From positions 714-64,713 of IMG/VR virus record IMGVR_UViG_3300037851_000757: 64,000 bases of DNA. One strand, written 5' to 3'. A program made the position numbers and the translations under genes. This DNA comes from a virus. Below the pieces are notes generated by a model. It searched no databases, was not told the origin of the DNA, and was given only the letters and a program-made list of their open reading frames with translations. Of this stretch, positions 32,482 through 42,586 are shown in pieces. How positions within the stretch are numbered: position 1 is the first letter of the stretch; each line of letters starts with the position of its first letter.

Positions 32482-33795
32482 TTACTTAAGAACCATTAAA
32501 GTATTCCATGTTTCATTCCCAGGTATGGGTGGACCATTCATAAAAAAAGAAGCATATTCGATTCCTGGGGTTGGGCTTATTGGTTTTTCTACTAAGTCAA
32601 AGATTTCAGTAAATTGTCTTGTCCCATGATTATAATTTCTAAATTTCCAGATACTCCCATCACTCTTTCTCCTAACATAAGCTGCTGCAAAATTTTGCTC
32701 TGCACAGCTACAATCCCATCGCCAGTCCCAACGTGATTCTAAAAGAGAAATTGGGTTATGGCCTTCATCATGAACAGCAGCTCCGACACTATTTAGTGTA
32801 ATCCATCTACCAGGAGCTTGAAAAACAATATAATCTCTTGGTGTAATAACTGATTGGTAGTGTCCTTGATCTGTGTAATAATGACTATGATCAAAAGAAT
32901 TTGCAAAAATTAAAAAATTACTTGTCCACTGATATGAATATCTTAAATAATAAAAAGGACTAACATGAAAAAGAGGCCGTATCCAAGGACGCGCATAAGG
33001 TGGAGTATTCCCAAGTACTCTCCACGGCTGTTCATCAGTTTTAGAATCTGGGCTGAATCCACAAAGTCTGGTTTCCGGCCAATCATCGACACTTTCTCCT
33101 TGATAATAAGCATTATAGAGATTATCTGTTGTCCCAGGCCAAGCAGCTAAAAACTCCATAACAGGAGAAGGGGCAACCCCTTCAGATTCACGAGGACAGT
33201 ATTCTTGAAAACGATAATGGCCATCATCCCAAGCTTCAAGCCAACGACTATAATGCCAGTAGTGATCCGGATCATAATTTGGAGAATCAGTTAGCCAATC
33301 ATACCCATAATTAGTTGGACGATCAATTCCATCAACAATAAATCCATATTCTGGATTATAAACTCCTCTATCACCAAAAGCTTCCCCTGTATACCACCAA
33401 TCTGTTATAAATTCAGCAACCACTTCCCAATCCTCATTCCAACTTACCATAGGACGATAACCTGGTTGATTTTCTGGAATCCTTTTTCCTACCCATTTAA
33501 GTCTCAAAATTCTGTGTGTTGTCGTTTGCGTATCACGATCAGTTGCTTGGCTTAGAAAAATATGCCATCCTGCGGCCAAACCATATTTAGGAGTTCGAAA
33601 TTTAGCTTGAAATGGTCTTGGTCTTAGAGGATATATTGGCTGAATCTCTAATGTTGGGATTTTCCCATAATTAACCCACTCTCTCCCTGTGTGATGCCAT
33701 AAAGTATAATATGTGGCATTTCTTTGAGAATAATCATCATTTGGGTCGAATGAAAGACAAAGACATTCGACCCGTTTTAGAAAGGGCGCACCTGA
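32482..33795 (-). CDS. Trp/Tyr-rich tail-associated frame, probably the -1 frameshift extension of 33777..36176
   Basis: The track starts it at TTG 33579 with no SD. The frame is open upstream to a TGA at 33843-33841 with no ATG/GTG/TTG before 33579. Confidence 0.6.
   Translation of the reverse strand, partial: SGAPFLKRVECLCLSFDPNDDYSQRNATYYTLWHHTGREWVNYGKIPTLEIQPIYPLRPRPFQAKFRTPKYGLAAGWHIFLSQATDRDTQTTTHRILRLKWVGKRIPENQPGYRPMVSWNEDWEVVAEFITDWWYTGEAFGDRGVYNPEYGFIVDGIDRPTNYGYDWLTDSPNYDPDHYWHYSRWLEAWDDGHYRFQEYCPRESEGVAPSPVMEFLAAWPGTTDNLYNAYYQGESVDDWPETRLCGFSPDSKTDEQPWRVLGNTPPYARPWIRPLFHVSPFYYLRYSYQWTSNFLIFANSFDHSHYYTDQGHYQSVITPRDYIVFQAPGRWITLNSVGAAVHDEGHNPISLLESRWDWRWDCSCAEQNFAAAYVRRKSDGSIWKFRNYNHGTRQFTEIFDLVEKPISPTPGIEYASFFMNGPPIPGNETWNTLMVLK
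33743..33773. other. Hairpin with a perfect 10-bp stem just past the tail-tip gene stop
   Basis: GGGTCGAATG-11 nt-CATTCGACCC. Confidence 0.7.
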
Positions 33796-36176
33796 TTTTT
33801 TTCCCCCTTCCTTCCAAGAACAAGGAAGCCGGTGTTCCCTTCAATAAGTTCAAAACTATTAGCTTGTGTTCCTAACTCAACTCCAAGATCAGAAGGTTCG
33901 GGGCCATCAACATATGCAGAAATGTCAAAAGCATTATAGGCTTTTCCTTTTGCTCCTTCAGGGATATCTGTATTTGGAAAATAAACACGGCCAGGAGGGA
34001 GATTATCTTCAGTCGGTTTTCGGATTAAAGCATGATCCCCATCATAGCCATAGTGTTCTGCTGGAGAAAAAGCTGGAATTGCATCTGTTGCTTTTACTTT
34101 TTCAAGATTTTTATCTACAGAACCAGAACCGATAGAAATTCTGCCACCTTCGATTCCTGTTACTACAAACCCACTTCTCGCCTTAGTGAGCCATTGTTTG
34201 TCTTTTTCAGTCCCAACATTATCACCGAGAGCATAGGTCGGGGAGTTAAAGTAGTTTGGATGATTTTGTGGGTTCAAATCATAATCACACCAAACCCCAT
34301 CACCAGCAGGAAATCCCCATCCGTAGTATCCAATAGTATTTTCTTTAGTAAAAAGAACTTTTCCTGAATCAAGATTATCCTCGCGCGGAATCCCAACATG
34401 GGCAACATCCATTGTTTCTTTATCTTCTAAAACAAAAACGTCTTTTTCTACCCAAAGAATTTCATAAGCATTATATGCCCCTATTGAACCATCTTCAATA
34501 TGGATACGTGTTCCACCGGCGTTTTTAAGTTTTTGATTTATAGAATCGTCAATGTCAGAGTCACAAACTAATTTTTCTTCTCTCGCTGGAACAGGAGAAG
34601 TGTACCCATCTTTAGGCTCATTTCCACCAGTCCAATAATGAGGATCTTCAATAGGTTGCCCACCAGAATGATCTCCAGCTTTTGACCCAAGTTCTATTTT
34701 TATTTCAATAAGACTTGAATCATGATTATGGTTAACTGATTCTGCAAATCCGCGAAGGCCATAAGCACTAAGAGCCGGATAAGAAACAAAGACTCCATCG
34801 TAGGCTTCAATGCCAAGTGCAGGTAAAAAAGACTGTACAGTTATTTTCCTCCAAGAGTGTGAATATCTGTACGCCCAAAAAGAAGCGCTAACCTGGACAG
34901 CCCGCAAAGTTGTAAAACAAAAGAAGTTATAATCTTGTGGAATAACCCCGTATCTATCAACTTCATTTTTAAAAACGGTTTTTTGGTTTCCTTCTTTATG
35001 CCCACTATAGTCTTGAACCCAAGTCGCATTAAAAACAGTAACAAGATCCTCCGTTTCAGTAAAACCTAATTCAGCCCCTTTCAACTTAATTTCATTTGCA
35101 GTAAGTGCTCCACCAATTATATTGTTTGTAAAAAGTGGCCGAAGAAAAGCTACATTATCTTTAGTAAAAAGAAGACACCTTGCTTGCCAAGCCATTTTTT
35201 CACTAAGAGAAAGTGCATCCTCTTGATCAGCAAGAACAAAGTGACCAGGAGTATCCCCAACTAAAGAAGCAGCAGTAGAAAAAGAAACTGGGTCAACAGT
35301 TAAATCTGTAAAAGTCTCGAGAATCCATTCAATTTGATTAGCAATATTAGAAGAAAGTCCTGTGCAGTCAACAAAAATATCATCTTGCCAATTTTCCCCC
35401 TCTATTTTTGAAAGAGCAATAGGAAAAGAGACTAAGGTTACTGTTTTTCCACCAACAGACTCATTGTTCACTGAATAATAAGCAGAGTCAACAAGAAATA
35501 AATCATCAGGATCGCCAACAACACAAGACTTTTTTGCAAAAACATTTGAAATAGAAACAGTATTATAGCCAACTAAATATTTTTCAGGTAAATCTGGTTC
35601 TTCATCAGTTGGCCCATAGATTCTGGAAATCGGAACTCGTTTTGGGCTTCCAAAAATAATTGACCAATTAGAATTATAGGCTTCTGGTAAAAGACCCTCA
35701 ACATAGTTAGGGTCTGTTTCGTATTCTGATGGTGAAAATCCAACTTCCCCTTTTCCTTGGAATGTTTCAACACTAAAAGAAAAAGTTCTTTCTTCTTCAC
35801 TCCAAGCAATTGGCCCCGCTATTTTTCCATTTAGCATTAATGTAGCATCAGAAGATGGTAAATCATAATAATGATGCCAAATTTTTGCTTTTGTTCCTTC
35901 AATAACTTCTGTATTTATTTTTGCTTTAATGGCAGAAGAAGTGTCATCAAGAGTCACAGAAACAGATGAGACTTCTCCTGTTGCTCCAATTTTTCCGCTG
36001 CTAACAAATTCTCCTATACTGATAATAGCTACTTGACAGGCTTGCCCATTAAAAGTATAATCAAGCTCAGTATAGTAGACTGTTCCACTTCCCCAATTTA
36101 TCTCAAGGACAATGATTGGAAAAGTTCCCTTAGCAGTTAAAGATTTAGCAAGAGCTGAAGAAGTTTGATTTTTCAT
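33777..36176 (-). CDS. Tail tip/hub-like protein
   Basis: Large ORF downstream of the tape measure; SSVSVTLDD, LLNG, IIFG.PKRVP and MAWQARC features typical of sipho tail-tip proteins. Confidence 0.6.
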   Translation of the reverse strand: MKNQTSSALAKSLTAKGTFPIIVLEINWGSGTVYYTELDYTFNGQACQVAIISIGEFVSSGKIGATGEVSSVSVTLDDTSSAIKAKINTEVIEGTKAKIWHHYYDLPSSDATLMLNGKIAGPIAWSEEERTFSFSVETFQGKGEVGFSPSEYETDPNYVEGLLPEAYNSNWSIIFGSPKRVPISRIYGPTDEEPDLPEKYLVGYNTVSISNVFAKKSCVVGDPDDLFLVDSAYYSVNNESVGGKTVTLVSFPIALSKIEGENWQDDIFVDCTGLSSNIANQIEWILETFTDLTVDPVSFSTAASLVGDTPGHFVLADQEDALSLSEKMAWQARCLLFTKDNVAFLRPLFTNNIIGGALTANEIKLKGAELGFTETEDLVTVFNATWVQDYSGHKEGNQKTVFKNEVDRYGVIPQDYNFFCFTTLRAVQVSASFWAYRYSHSWRKITVQSFLPALGIEAYDGVFVSYPALSAYGLRGFAESVNHNHDSSLIEIKIELGSKAGDHSGGQPIEDPHYWTGGNEPKDGYTSPVPAREEKLVCDSDIDDSINQKLKNAGGTRIHIEDGSIGAYNAYEILWVEKDVFVLEDKETMDVAHVGIPREDNLDSGKVLFTKENTIGYYGWGFPAGDGVWCDYDLNPQNHPNYFNSPTYALGDNVGTEKDKQWLTKARSGFVVTGIEGGRISIGSGSVDKNLEKVKATDAIPAFSPAEHYGYDGDHALIRKPTEDNLPPGRVYFPNTDIPEGAKGKAYNAFDISAYVDGPEPSDLGVELGTQANSFELIEGNTGFLVLGRKGEKNQVRPF

Positions 36177-37324
36177 AGTACATTCCCAAAAAGAAGTTTT
36201 TTTCTTGATGTTGCAAGACAGTCTACACAGCTTAAATGAACAGACTGCTTAACTGCTGAAACCCTTCTTAAAGACTCAGTAAAATTATTATGATAACAAA
36301 CTCCATCAATCTTAATAAATTCGCTTTCACTTTTTGCAACTCCTATAGAGCCATCCCAACTTTTAATATTTAAAAAGACTTGGATATCACTAATATGATT
36401 AGCAAATCCATAAAGACCGTCTTCTGAACCAGCAAAAATAATCCCAACAAGATAATATTGCCCCCCGCTTTTAAATAAAATTGGCGCTCCTGAATCCCCT
36501 GCACTCAAAAATCTTGTTGGGGAATAAAGCAGTATTTGATCATAAAATCTTGCTATTGATCCAGAGTAATCAACATTTGCACTTGCTTTTTTATCAATAA
36601 TTGTAGCTTCTGTATTCCCGGTCGTTCTTCCACTTTTATATACAATATTATCCACACTATATTGGAGTTTGCTGGCATGAGGAAAAGACGCAGGAGAAGC
36701 AACATCTAAAATTCCAGGAAGATGCAAATTTTGAGCATTTAGGGTACAAATAGCTGCATCAATATAATTTGATCCAAGATCCCCAAAGGAAATAGGAATT
36801 GTCCTTTTTCCGGTAGCAATAATATCATAGATTGGGTGTCCACCATCATAGACTCCAGGTTGAACACACTCAGCATAGGAAATATTACTATAGCCAACTC
36901 CAGTTTCAGGAGGAAAAACTGTATTATAAATAACACCAAGAACATGATTACAAGTTAAAAGAACAATTTGCTCATCTTCTTCGTCAACAACAAAGAGGCT
37001 TAAAGTACCAGCATTAACTAAATGGCTGGCCCCAATACTGATACCACCCTGCAAAGGACGATGCTTGATACCGTGAGGGTAACAAGAACCTTCAGTATTA
37101 TTTGGGCAAGAAGTTAATGCTTTTACCTTAGAAAAAACAATAACGTCTGTTAATTGTCCTTCTTCTGTTTGTTTTGGAATCCGATCTTCCTCAGAAAGAT
37201 TTTGCAAATCTTCCTTTTTAGAAACGCCAACAACAAGACAAGGTTTTCCAGTATCTTTACCTTTTACTTTTTTTGTTCCTTTAAAAGTAATTATAACATT
37301 CTTTTTTTGAAGAAGTGTTTTCAT
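36173..37324 (-). CDS. Trypsin-like serine protease (Nal1-like, with prodomain)
   Basis: RPLQGGISIG, LTCNHV (His), IDAAI (Asp), KSGRTTG, AGDSGA (Ser). Confidence 0.88.
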   Translation of the reverse strand: MKTLLQKKNVIITFKGTKKVKGKDTGKPCLVVGVSKKEDLQNLSEEDRIPKQTEEGQLTDVIVFSKVKALTSCPNNTEGSCYPHGIKHRPLQGGISIGASHLVNAGTLSLFVVDEEDEQIVLLTCNHVLGVIYNTVFPPETGVGYSNISYAECVQPGVYDGGHPIYDIIATGKRTIPISFGDLGSNYIDAAICTLNAQNLHLPGILDVASPASFPHASKLQYSVDNIVYKSGRTTGNTEATIIDKKASANVDYSGSIARFYDQILLYSPTRFLSAGDSGAPILFKSGGQYYLVGIIFAGSEDGLYGFANHISDIQVFLNIKSWDGSIGVAKSESEFIKIDGVCYHNNFTESLRRVSAVKQSVHLSCVDCLATSRKKLLFGNVL

Positions 37325-37851
37325 AGGATTCCTTGATTCTTATTTTCACAAAGAGAATATAAGTAATTAAGATTTGCCATACAATAATTAAATATATAAA
37401 AAGTTATTTCTCCAAAATTGCCAATTTGTTCGGCTTCACCTTCAACAGAAAAAGAAAAATATATTGCTGTTCTACTAATCTTTTCTCCATAGGCTTCAAT
37501 AGAAAGTTGAAAACTTACAGAATGAGTAATTTCTACTGCAACAGCTTCAACAGAAAGTTGAAAACTTACAGAATGATAGACATGATCTGCTGAGGCTTCA
37601 ACAGAAAACTGGATACTTCCTTGAAAAAAATTATTATTCCATCCATTTACTGAAAGAGCAAAAGAATTATTACTATTACTTAACTCCCCACCATAAGCTT
37701 CAATTTCAAAAAGAAGAAGAAGAATTTCTGCACCGGCTTGTCCAAGTAGGCCAGAAAAATTTAGACCTATTGCAAAGATACAAGTCCCATCTCCTTCTTG
37801 TATAAGATCCGATACTCTAATATCTGTAAAAAAATCAGAGAGTTTTGGCAT
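37321..37851 (-). CDS. Tail-associated protein with short 17-aa repeats
   Basis: HSVSFQLSVEA/HSVSFQLSIEA; DNA repeat at 37493-37525 and 37544-37576. Confidence 0.6.
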   Translation of the reverse strand: MPKLSDFFTDIRVSDLIQEGDGTCIFAIGLNFSGLLGQAGAEILLLLFEIEAYGGELSNSNNSFALSVNGWNNNFFQGSIQFSVEASADHVYHSVSFQLSVEAVAVEITHSVSFQLSIEAYGEKISRTAIYFSFSVEGEAEQIGNFGEITFYIFNYCMANLNYLYSLCENKNQGIL

Positions 37852-39353
37852 TAAAATAGTCTCCGATATAGAAGATGATTATAACCACTTTCAATTTGAT
37901 CATATATGCCAATTACATTTTCAAGTCTATAAAATCCTCCTATCCCTCCTACAGTATCATTTTTTGTTGTTTTCAAGAGAGTAAAATTAGGAATAGAAAA
38001 ATCGTATTCAATTAATTGTATACTTATAGAAACTATATTTTTTACTGTATCTCTTCCGGCACCATAAATATATCCTGTCTGTGCAGGAAAGATGTATTTT
38101 TCAACCCAAGAACTACCATTCCAAGAAAAGATAACAAGACCACTATATAATGAAAAAATATGTGGAGTTTCTCCATCACAAAGAATGTAAAGTCCTTCAA
38201 GATTTGACCAACTTGATCCAGATGGAAGAGTTTTGACAATTGAAGTAACCCATGATCCAGTTTTATTGGTTGTATGTTTAATATAATAGTATGGAGCTGT
38301 ATATGCTCCAGTTACAATATGAACATACCCTGAGGAATCAACAGTCATATGGAATTGACTCCCCATACTGTTTTCAGAAGTAGCTTGTTCAGCTGTCCAA
38401 GTTCCATTAGATGTTCTTTTTGCTACACTAACTGATTTATTAAATTTTATTGGAACAAAAAGTTCTCCATTTTCTCTTAAAACTTGATATGGAGTATACA
38501 GATTTCCATATTGAAAATACCCTATATATTCTTCATACCATCCAATTGAAGTTTTGATATAATGATAATTATTATAGCTTGATGAATAAGCAAAGAAACA
38601 AGGATTCTTTAAAAGTTTTGAATATAGAGAAACTCCTTGGAAATAATTTGGAGAAATATTTAAAAGCGTTGTCCATGCTTTATTAGCAATAGAATAATGA
38701 AGACCTTCAGAGCCTCTGTAAAAGAAAAAATCACCATTGTCATAAATATAAACGCCCCCTAAATTATATTGATGAGCAGCTTCTCCAATAAATTGATATT
38801 TAGAGACTGGAAAATCTGTCATATAGGCTTCGATTCTCAAAATCTTAAAAGTATAATCAACACCACTTGTAAAAGTAAATGTAAGATACTCAAAAAAAGG
38901 TCTATTTTCTTCAAGACTAAATGCAGTAGGGAGCATTATTAACTGTCCAGACTTATATTTCTGAATCCCTCCTGTTGCGTTATATAACTCTACTTCTATC
39001 TGTTTATTTGGAACAGATGTATAATAGATTCTTAGTGCTGTAATATTACCTCTCATCAATTGGTCATTTCTGACATTTATCCACGCAAAACTATAAGGGG
39101 CAACAGAAGCTGGCATCTTCCAACAATTTAAAAGAGGGTCCCAAATCATTGTATCTGGAAAAGTTGGATGGATTCCTTTATCAGAAGTAAAATATGTATC
39201 GGGGAGAGTTGTCCATTCAGGATTAACTTCAGGATTATATTGGACAAATTCTTCAAAACTTTTAACAAGAACTTGATCTCTATAAGCAGAATATGAGTCA
39301 AGTGCACTTGGCCAAGGAATTGGCCTACCATCATCATCATAGCCCCAAGCCAT
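37851..39353 (-). CDS. Tail-associated protein with a beta-propeller-like C-terminus (possible receptor binding)
   Basis: Tyr/Ser-rich beta repeats such as FHMTVDSSGYVHIV and GSWVTSIV. Confidence 0.5.
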   Translation of the reverse strand: MAWGYDDDGRPIPWPSALDSYSAYRDQVLVKSFEEFVQYNPEVNPEWTTLPDTYFTSDKGIHPTFPDTMIWDPLLNCWKMPASVAPYSFAWINVRNDQLMRGNITALRIYYTSVPNKQIEVELYNATGGIQKYKSGQLIMLPTAFSLEENRPFFEYLTFTFTSGVDYTFKILRIEAYMTDFPVSKYQFIGEAAHQYNLGGVYIYDNGDFFFYRGSEGLHYSIANKAWTTLLNISPNYFQGVSLYSKLLKNPCFFAYSSSYNNYHYIKTSIGWYEEYIGYFQYGNLYTPYQVLRENGELFVPIKFNKSVSVAKRTSNGTWTAEQATSENSMGSQFHMTVDSSGYVHIVTGAYTAPYYYIKHTTNKTGSWVTSIVKTLPSGSSWSNLEGLYILCDGETPHIFSLYSGLVIFSWNGSSWVEKYIFPAQTGYIYGAGRDTVKNIVSISIQLIEYDFSIPNFTLLKTTKNDTVGGIGGFYRLENVIGIYDQIESGYNHLLYRRLF

Positions 39354-39364
39354 TAGTCTTCCTT

Positions 39365-40285
39365 TTATTTATAAATTCTTAGTAGACTTGCTGTTATATT
39401 CACTGGCCCCCAGAGACCAGCTCCTGGGACATATGTAGCGAGAGAAATATTTTTCCAATTAAAAGCATATGCCACTATATAGTCAGGCATATCCCACCCA
39501 ATATCATATTCAGGGATAGCAAAAACTCCTATAATTGCATTTTGATAATAACATGGAATGATTGTCCATTCATGATAAAATTGAATAGCTGCATCATAGG
39601 TTTTATCTTCATCTATCAACTGTTTAAGAAGTGAATCTGTGATTCCAGAAATCTTTTCAGTCTGAACATTTACAATAGAGGACTCATTAAAAGGATATTT
39701 TGGATATGCATAAGGTTGATATTGTCTAACAAGATGTCTAACAAACTCAGTCTGATCAATTTCGTCTGGTGGAAGATAGTCTGGAGGAGGAATTGGAGGT
39801 TGGACTCCCCCACCCCCTCCTCCAGGAGGAGGTGGATTCCAGATAGGAGGATCTGGTGGAATATAAATATCAGGGATCTCTGTTGTTTTAGGGATATTTG
39901 TATATAAATTTGATTGACGAGAAAAAGTAAATGTCTTTCCATTGTGCCAAGATTTTATCTTAAAAAACTTTTCAACAAAAAGCCAAAAATTTGGGGCATT
40001 TGTTGGATAGAAGAAAGTCCCATATCCTTCCATAATTAGCTTTATTCCAAACTGGAAGTCTGATCCTGTATCAGTATAAATTGCCTGAAGCCAATATTTT
40101 TCTTTTGTGTATTCTGTATAGTAATTTTTGAATTGTTCAGAGTCAGGTGTTGCATTTAAATAAAGAATTTGCCCCTCTACCCACGGCCCTTCCAATAGAA
40201 CTATGGCAGGGCCGCAGGTTAAACGAATCTGTCGCTGGTACCCTTTAAGCCAGCAATTTAAAGTCTGGGAGGCACCGTACCTCAT
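39365..40285 (-). CDS. Tail-associated protein with a Pro/Gly-rich linker
   Basis: PPDPPIWNPPPPGGGGGGVQPPIPPPDYLPP. Confidence 0.6.
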   Translation of the reverse strand: MRYGASQTLNCWLKGYQRQIRLTCGPAIVLLEGPWVEGQILYLNATPDSEQFKNYYTEYTKEKYWLQAIYTDTGSDFQFGIKLIMEGYGTFFYPTNAPNFWLFVEKFFKIKSWHNGKTFTFSRQSNLYTNIPKTTEIPDIYIPPDPPIWNPPPPGGGGGGVQPPIPPPDYLPPDEIDQTEFVRHLVRQYQPYAYPKYPFNESSIVNVQTEKISGITDSLLKQLIDEDKTYDAAIQFYHEWTIIPCYYQNAIIGVFAIPEYDIGWDMPDYIVAYAFNWKNISLATYVPGAGLWGPVNITASLLRIYK

Positions 40286-41019
40286 AAAGCAACTCCAATA
40301 ATATCAAACTGATTGATCATGAAATCAGTTCCAGTATTAATTGAAAGATTAGCTACATTTAATTGCGCCCCACTAAGAGCAACAGCCCCATCAAAACGAA
40401 CGGCAACTGAACTTGATCCAGTAATTCCTTCTTGGGCATAGAACCGGAACCATCCCGCCGTTCCACTATTGGAAGGAGATCCTTTCCAAGTCTGTGTTGA
40501 GAGCTTACTTAGTTTTCCAGGAGTAGTCGGAGTATCTTCAAATTGAAGACCATTTTCACCAGTTGAAGTATTGTGTGCTCCACCATTATCGGTAATTTTA
40601 ACAAGCTCAGTCCCAGTTTCAGAGGAATCCGCATCAGCCGGCTGTGACCCGGAAAAAATTTTAATAAATCCGAATTTTAAAAGATCATTAACACTTGCGC
40701 CTTTGGCACAAACGACAGCAGTTGTTGCAGCACCAGCTTCTGCGGTAGCAACAGAACCAGTGGCAATTCCAAGAGTTGTTGCAGAAACAGTAAGGATCTT
40801 TCTTAAGAAATTATTTCCACCAGTTGTTGCATTAAAAACTTGAATCCAGTCACCAACTTGAAATCCATCGGTGATCCAAGATCCAGTAGTTCTTGTAATA
40901 CTATCATTTCCAGCCCCTCCATCCACAAAAGAGATGTCAGTTCCAGCATAAACACCTTTTGGGACACCAGGGGAAGAGACTAATCCATTCAGAAATCCGG
41001 TACTAAGTTTCAGTGACAT
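40282..41019 (-). CDS. Virion structural protein (tail or fibre associated)
   Basis: MSLKLSTG...IFSGSQPADAD...GTAGWFRF pattern recurring in phage structural genes; Gly/Thr-rich. Confidence 0.7.
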   Translation of the reverse strand: MSLKLSTGFLNGLVSSPGVPKGVYAGTDISFVDGGAGNDSITRTTGSWITDGFQVGDWIQVFNATTGGNNFLRKILTVSATTLGIATGSVATAEAGAATTAVVCAKGASVNDLLKFGFIKIFSGSQPADADSSETGTELVKITDNGGAHNTSTGENGLQFEDTPTTPGKLSKLSTQTWKGSPSNSGTAGWFRFYAQEGITGSSSVAVRFDGAVALSGAQLNVANLSINTGTDFMINQFDIIGVAL

Positions 41020-41031
41020 TGTTCTTTCTCC

Positions 41032-41565
41032 TTATTCTTCTATTTGGTATTTACCATACACGCTGTAGCCATTGAGGGTTTTTAAAAATGTGTTTACTTC
41101 ATTAGGGGCTAAACACTCCTTTTCTGGATACCGAGAATCAATAAGATGAAGATACGCGGCATGTTCACTACAAATTTTTGCCCAAGGAGATTGGATACAA
41201 GCTAACCCAAGAAGTTGTCCGAAAATTGCCAATACATCATAACGAGTTTTTAAAAGTGGTTTTTTAAGTTCTTCATTGATTCTGGAAATCACAAGCTCTT
41301 TTTGACTTTTTGTTGCAAAATCAATCGTCCAAAATTTAAGAATCTGGCACTTATTTAAGAATTTATCTACTGGAACTTCTTTGAACCACAAATGTTGGGA
41401 AGCAAAATAACCTGGCCGATGCGCCCACATAAAATGAGAATAAATACTTTTTTTCTTTGCTCTTATTCCAAAAGAAAAGAAGCTGGTTAAACAGGTGCTA
41501 AAAACTGGCATCGGTAATAAATCTACTGGAAGATTTCGGACAGTTTCTGGAGTTAGATAATTCAT
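41032..41565 (-). CDS. Permuted papain-like (YiiX/YebB-type NlpC/P60) enzyme
   Basis: YSHFMW (His), YDVLAIFG, ICSEH (Cys after His). Confidence 0.7.
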   Translation of the reverse strand: MNYLTPETVRNLPVDLLPMPVFSTCLTSFFSFGIRAKKKSIYSHFMWAHRPGYFASQHLWFKEVPVDKFLNKCQILKFWTIDFATKSQKELVISRINEELKKPLLKTRYDVLAIFGQLLGLACIQSPWAKICSEHAAYLHLIDSRYPEKECLAPNEVNTFLKTLNGYSVYGKYQIEE

Positions 41566-41573
41566 AATTCCTC

Positions 41574-42224
41574 TTAAATGTTGAAAGTGATTGCAATTCC
41601 AAGACCCTTTGGTGGAGTAGTTGGAAGTTGGTCAATATCAACATAAATTTGATCACCAGTCTGCAAATCATCATAGCTTGTGTTAACAACTCCATCCTCT
41701 GCATAATATTCAGTTGGATCAATAGTGATTCTGGTAGAAAGCATATCAACATTGGCTCCAGCTCTTCGTCGTCGAAGTTGAATAGTTGTCGCCCCTGTTC
41801 CTGCACCAAGAGTATGAACAGAAGCTAATACACCAACAAGATTATAACCATTCAAAAGAGGAGGGACTGTAAAAGCAATTGTTCCATCTCCGACAGCTAC
41901 ATCAATAATACTTTCAATTGGGGCAAAAGTTATGATTTTTGCTGTACTATTTGCAGCAATAAAAGAGTCAATTTGTGCATGAGTGTTTGTACCAATATCT
42001 GTCAAATTTGTATGAGATTTTGTTGCTAAGTCAGCAATACTGCTTCCAGTTTTATCGACAGCAGCCCAAGGAACATCACCAATTCCAATAGTAGCTAAAA
42101 GACTTGATAAAAAATTAGAAGCCGATGCCCGAATATTTGACCATGTTTGACCTACAGGGCGAATCATAATAACATGATCTGTTCCAGTAATAGAGCCAAC
42201 TTCTGTACTATCAGAGAGTTTCAT
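41574..42224 (-). CDS. Virion structural protein
   Basis: HTNLTDIGTNTHAQID linker and a beta-rich C-terminal domain. Confidence 0.6.
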   Translation of the reverse strand: MKLSDSTEVGSITGTDHVIMIRPVGQTWSNIRASASNFLSSLLATIGIGDVPWAAVDKTGSSIADLATKSHTNLTDIGTNTHAQIDSFIAANSTAKIITFAPIESIIDVAVGDGTIAFTVPPLLNGYNLVGVLASVHTLGAGTGATTIQLRRRRAGANVDMLSTRITIDPTEYYAEDGVVNTSYDDLQTGDQIYVDIDQLPTTPPKGLGIAITFNI

Positions 42225-42586
42225 ATTTTTATTCCTCGAAATTCAAGAGTTATTGAAGCAAAGGATTTTGAATCTTGGCTTTTTTCAAAAGGATTATTTA
42301 AAAAGACTCCTTTCCATTGACGATTTCGAGAATCAAGATAGCCAGCCATATTATTTACAGCTTGATATAAAAAAAGCTTTAAATTAGCAAACTGAGTAAA
42401 AGATAACTTCTCAAATGTCATTAAGAGCTTCTGTGTTCCAGTAGCTTTTCTATAGGTATAGACCCGTCCGGTTGCTGACCAGTCAATATTAAAAGGCTCT
42501 TCGAGTTGCCGAGAGTTCCCCAATATAGGACTCGGCAAAACTAAAATAACAGATGGAGTAGGATATGGGTAAGAGAGAGTCACCAT
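42221..42586 (-). CDS. Distal tail-like protein
   Basis: Position after the tape measure; LPSPILGN...YTY...LLMTFE.L; similar to its upstream neighbour. Confidence 0.55.
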   Translation of the reverse strand: MVTLSYPYPTPSVILVLPSPILGNSRQLEEPFNIDWSATGRVYTYRKATGTQKLLMTFEKLSFTQFANLKLFLYQAVNNMAGYLDSRNRQWKGVFLNNPFEKSQDSKSFASITLEFRGIKI

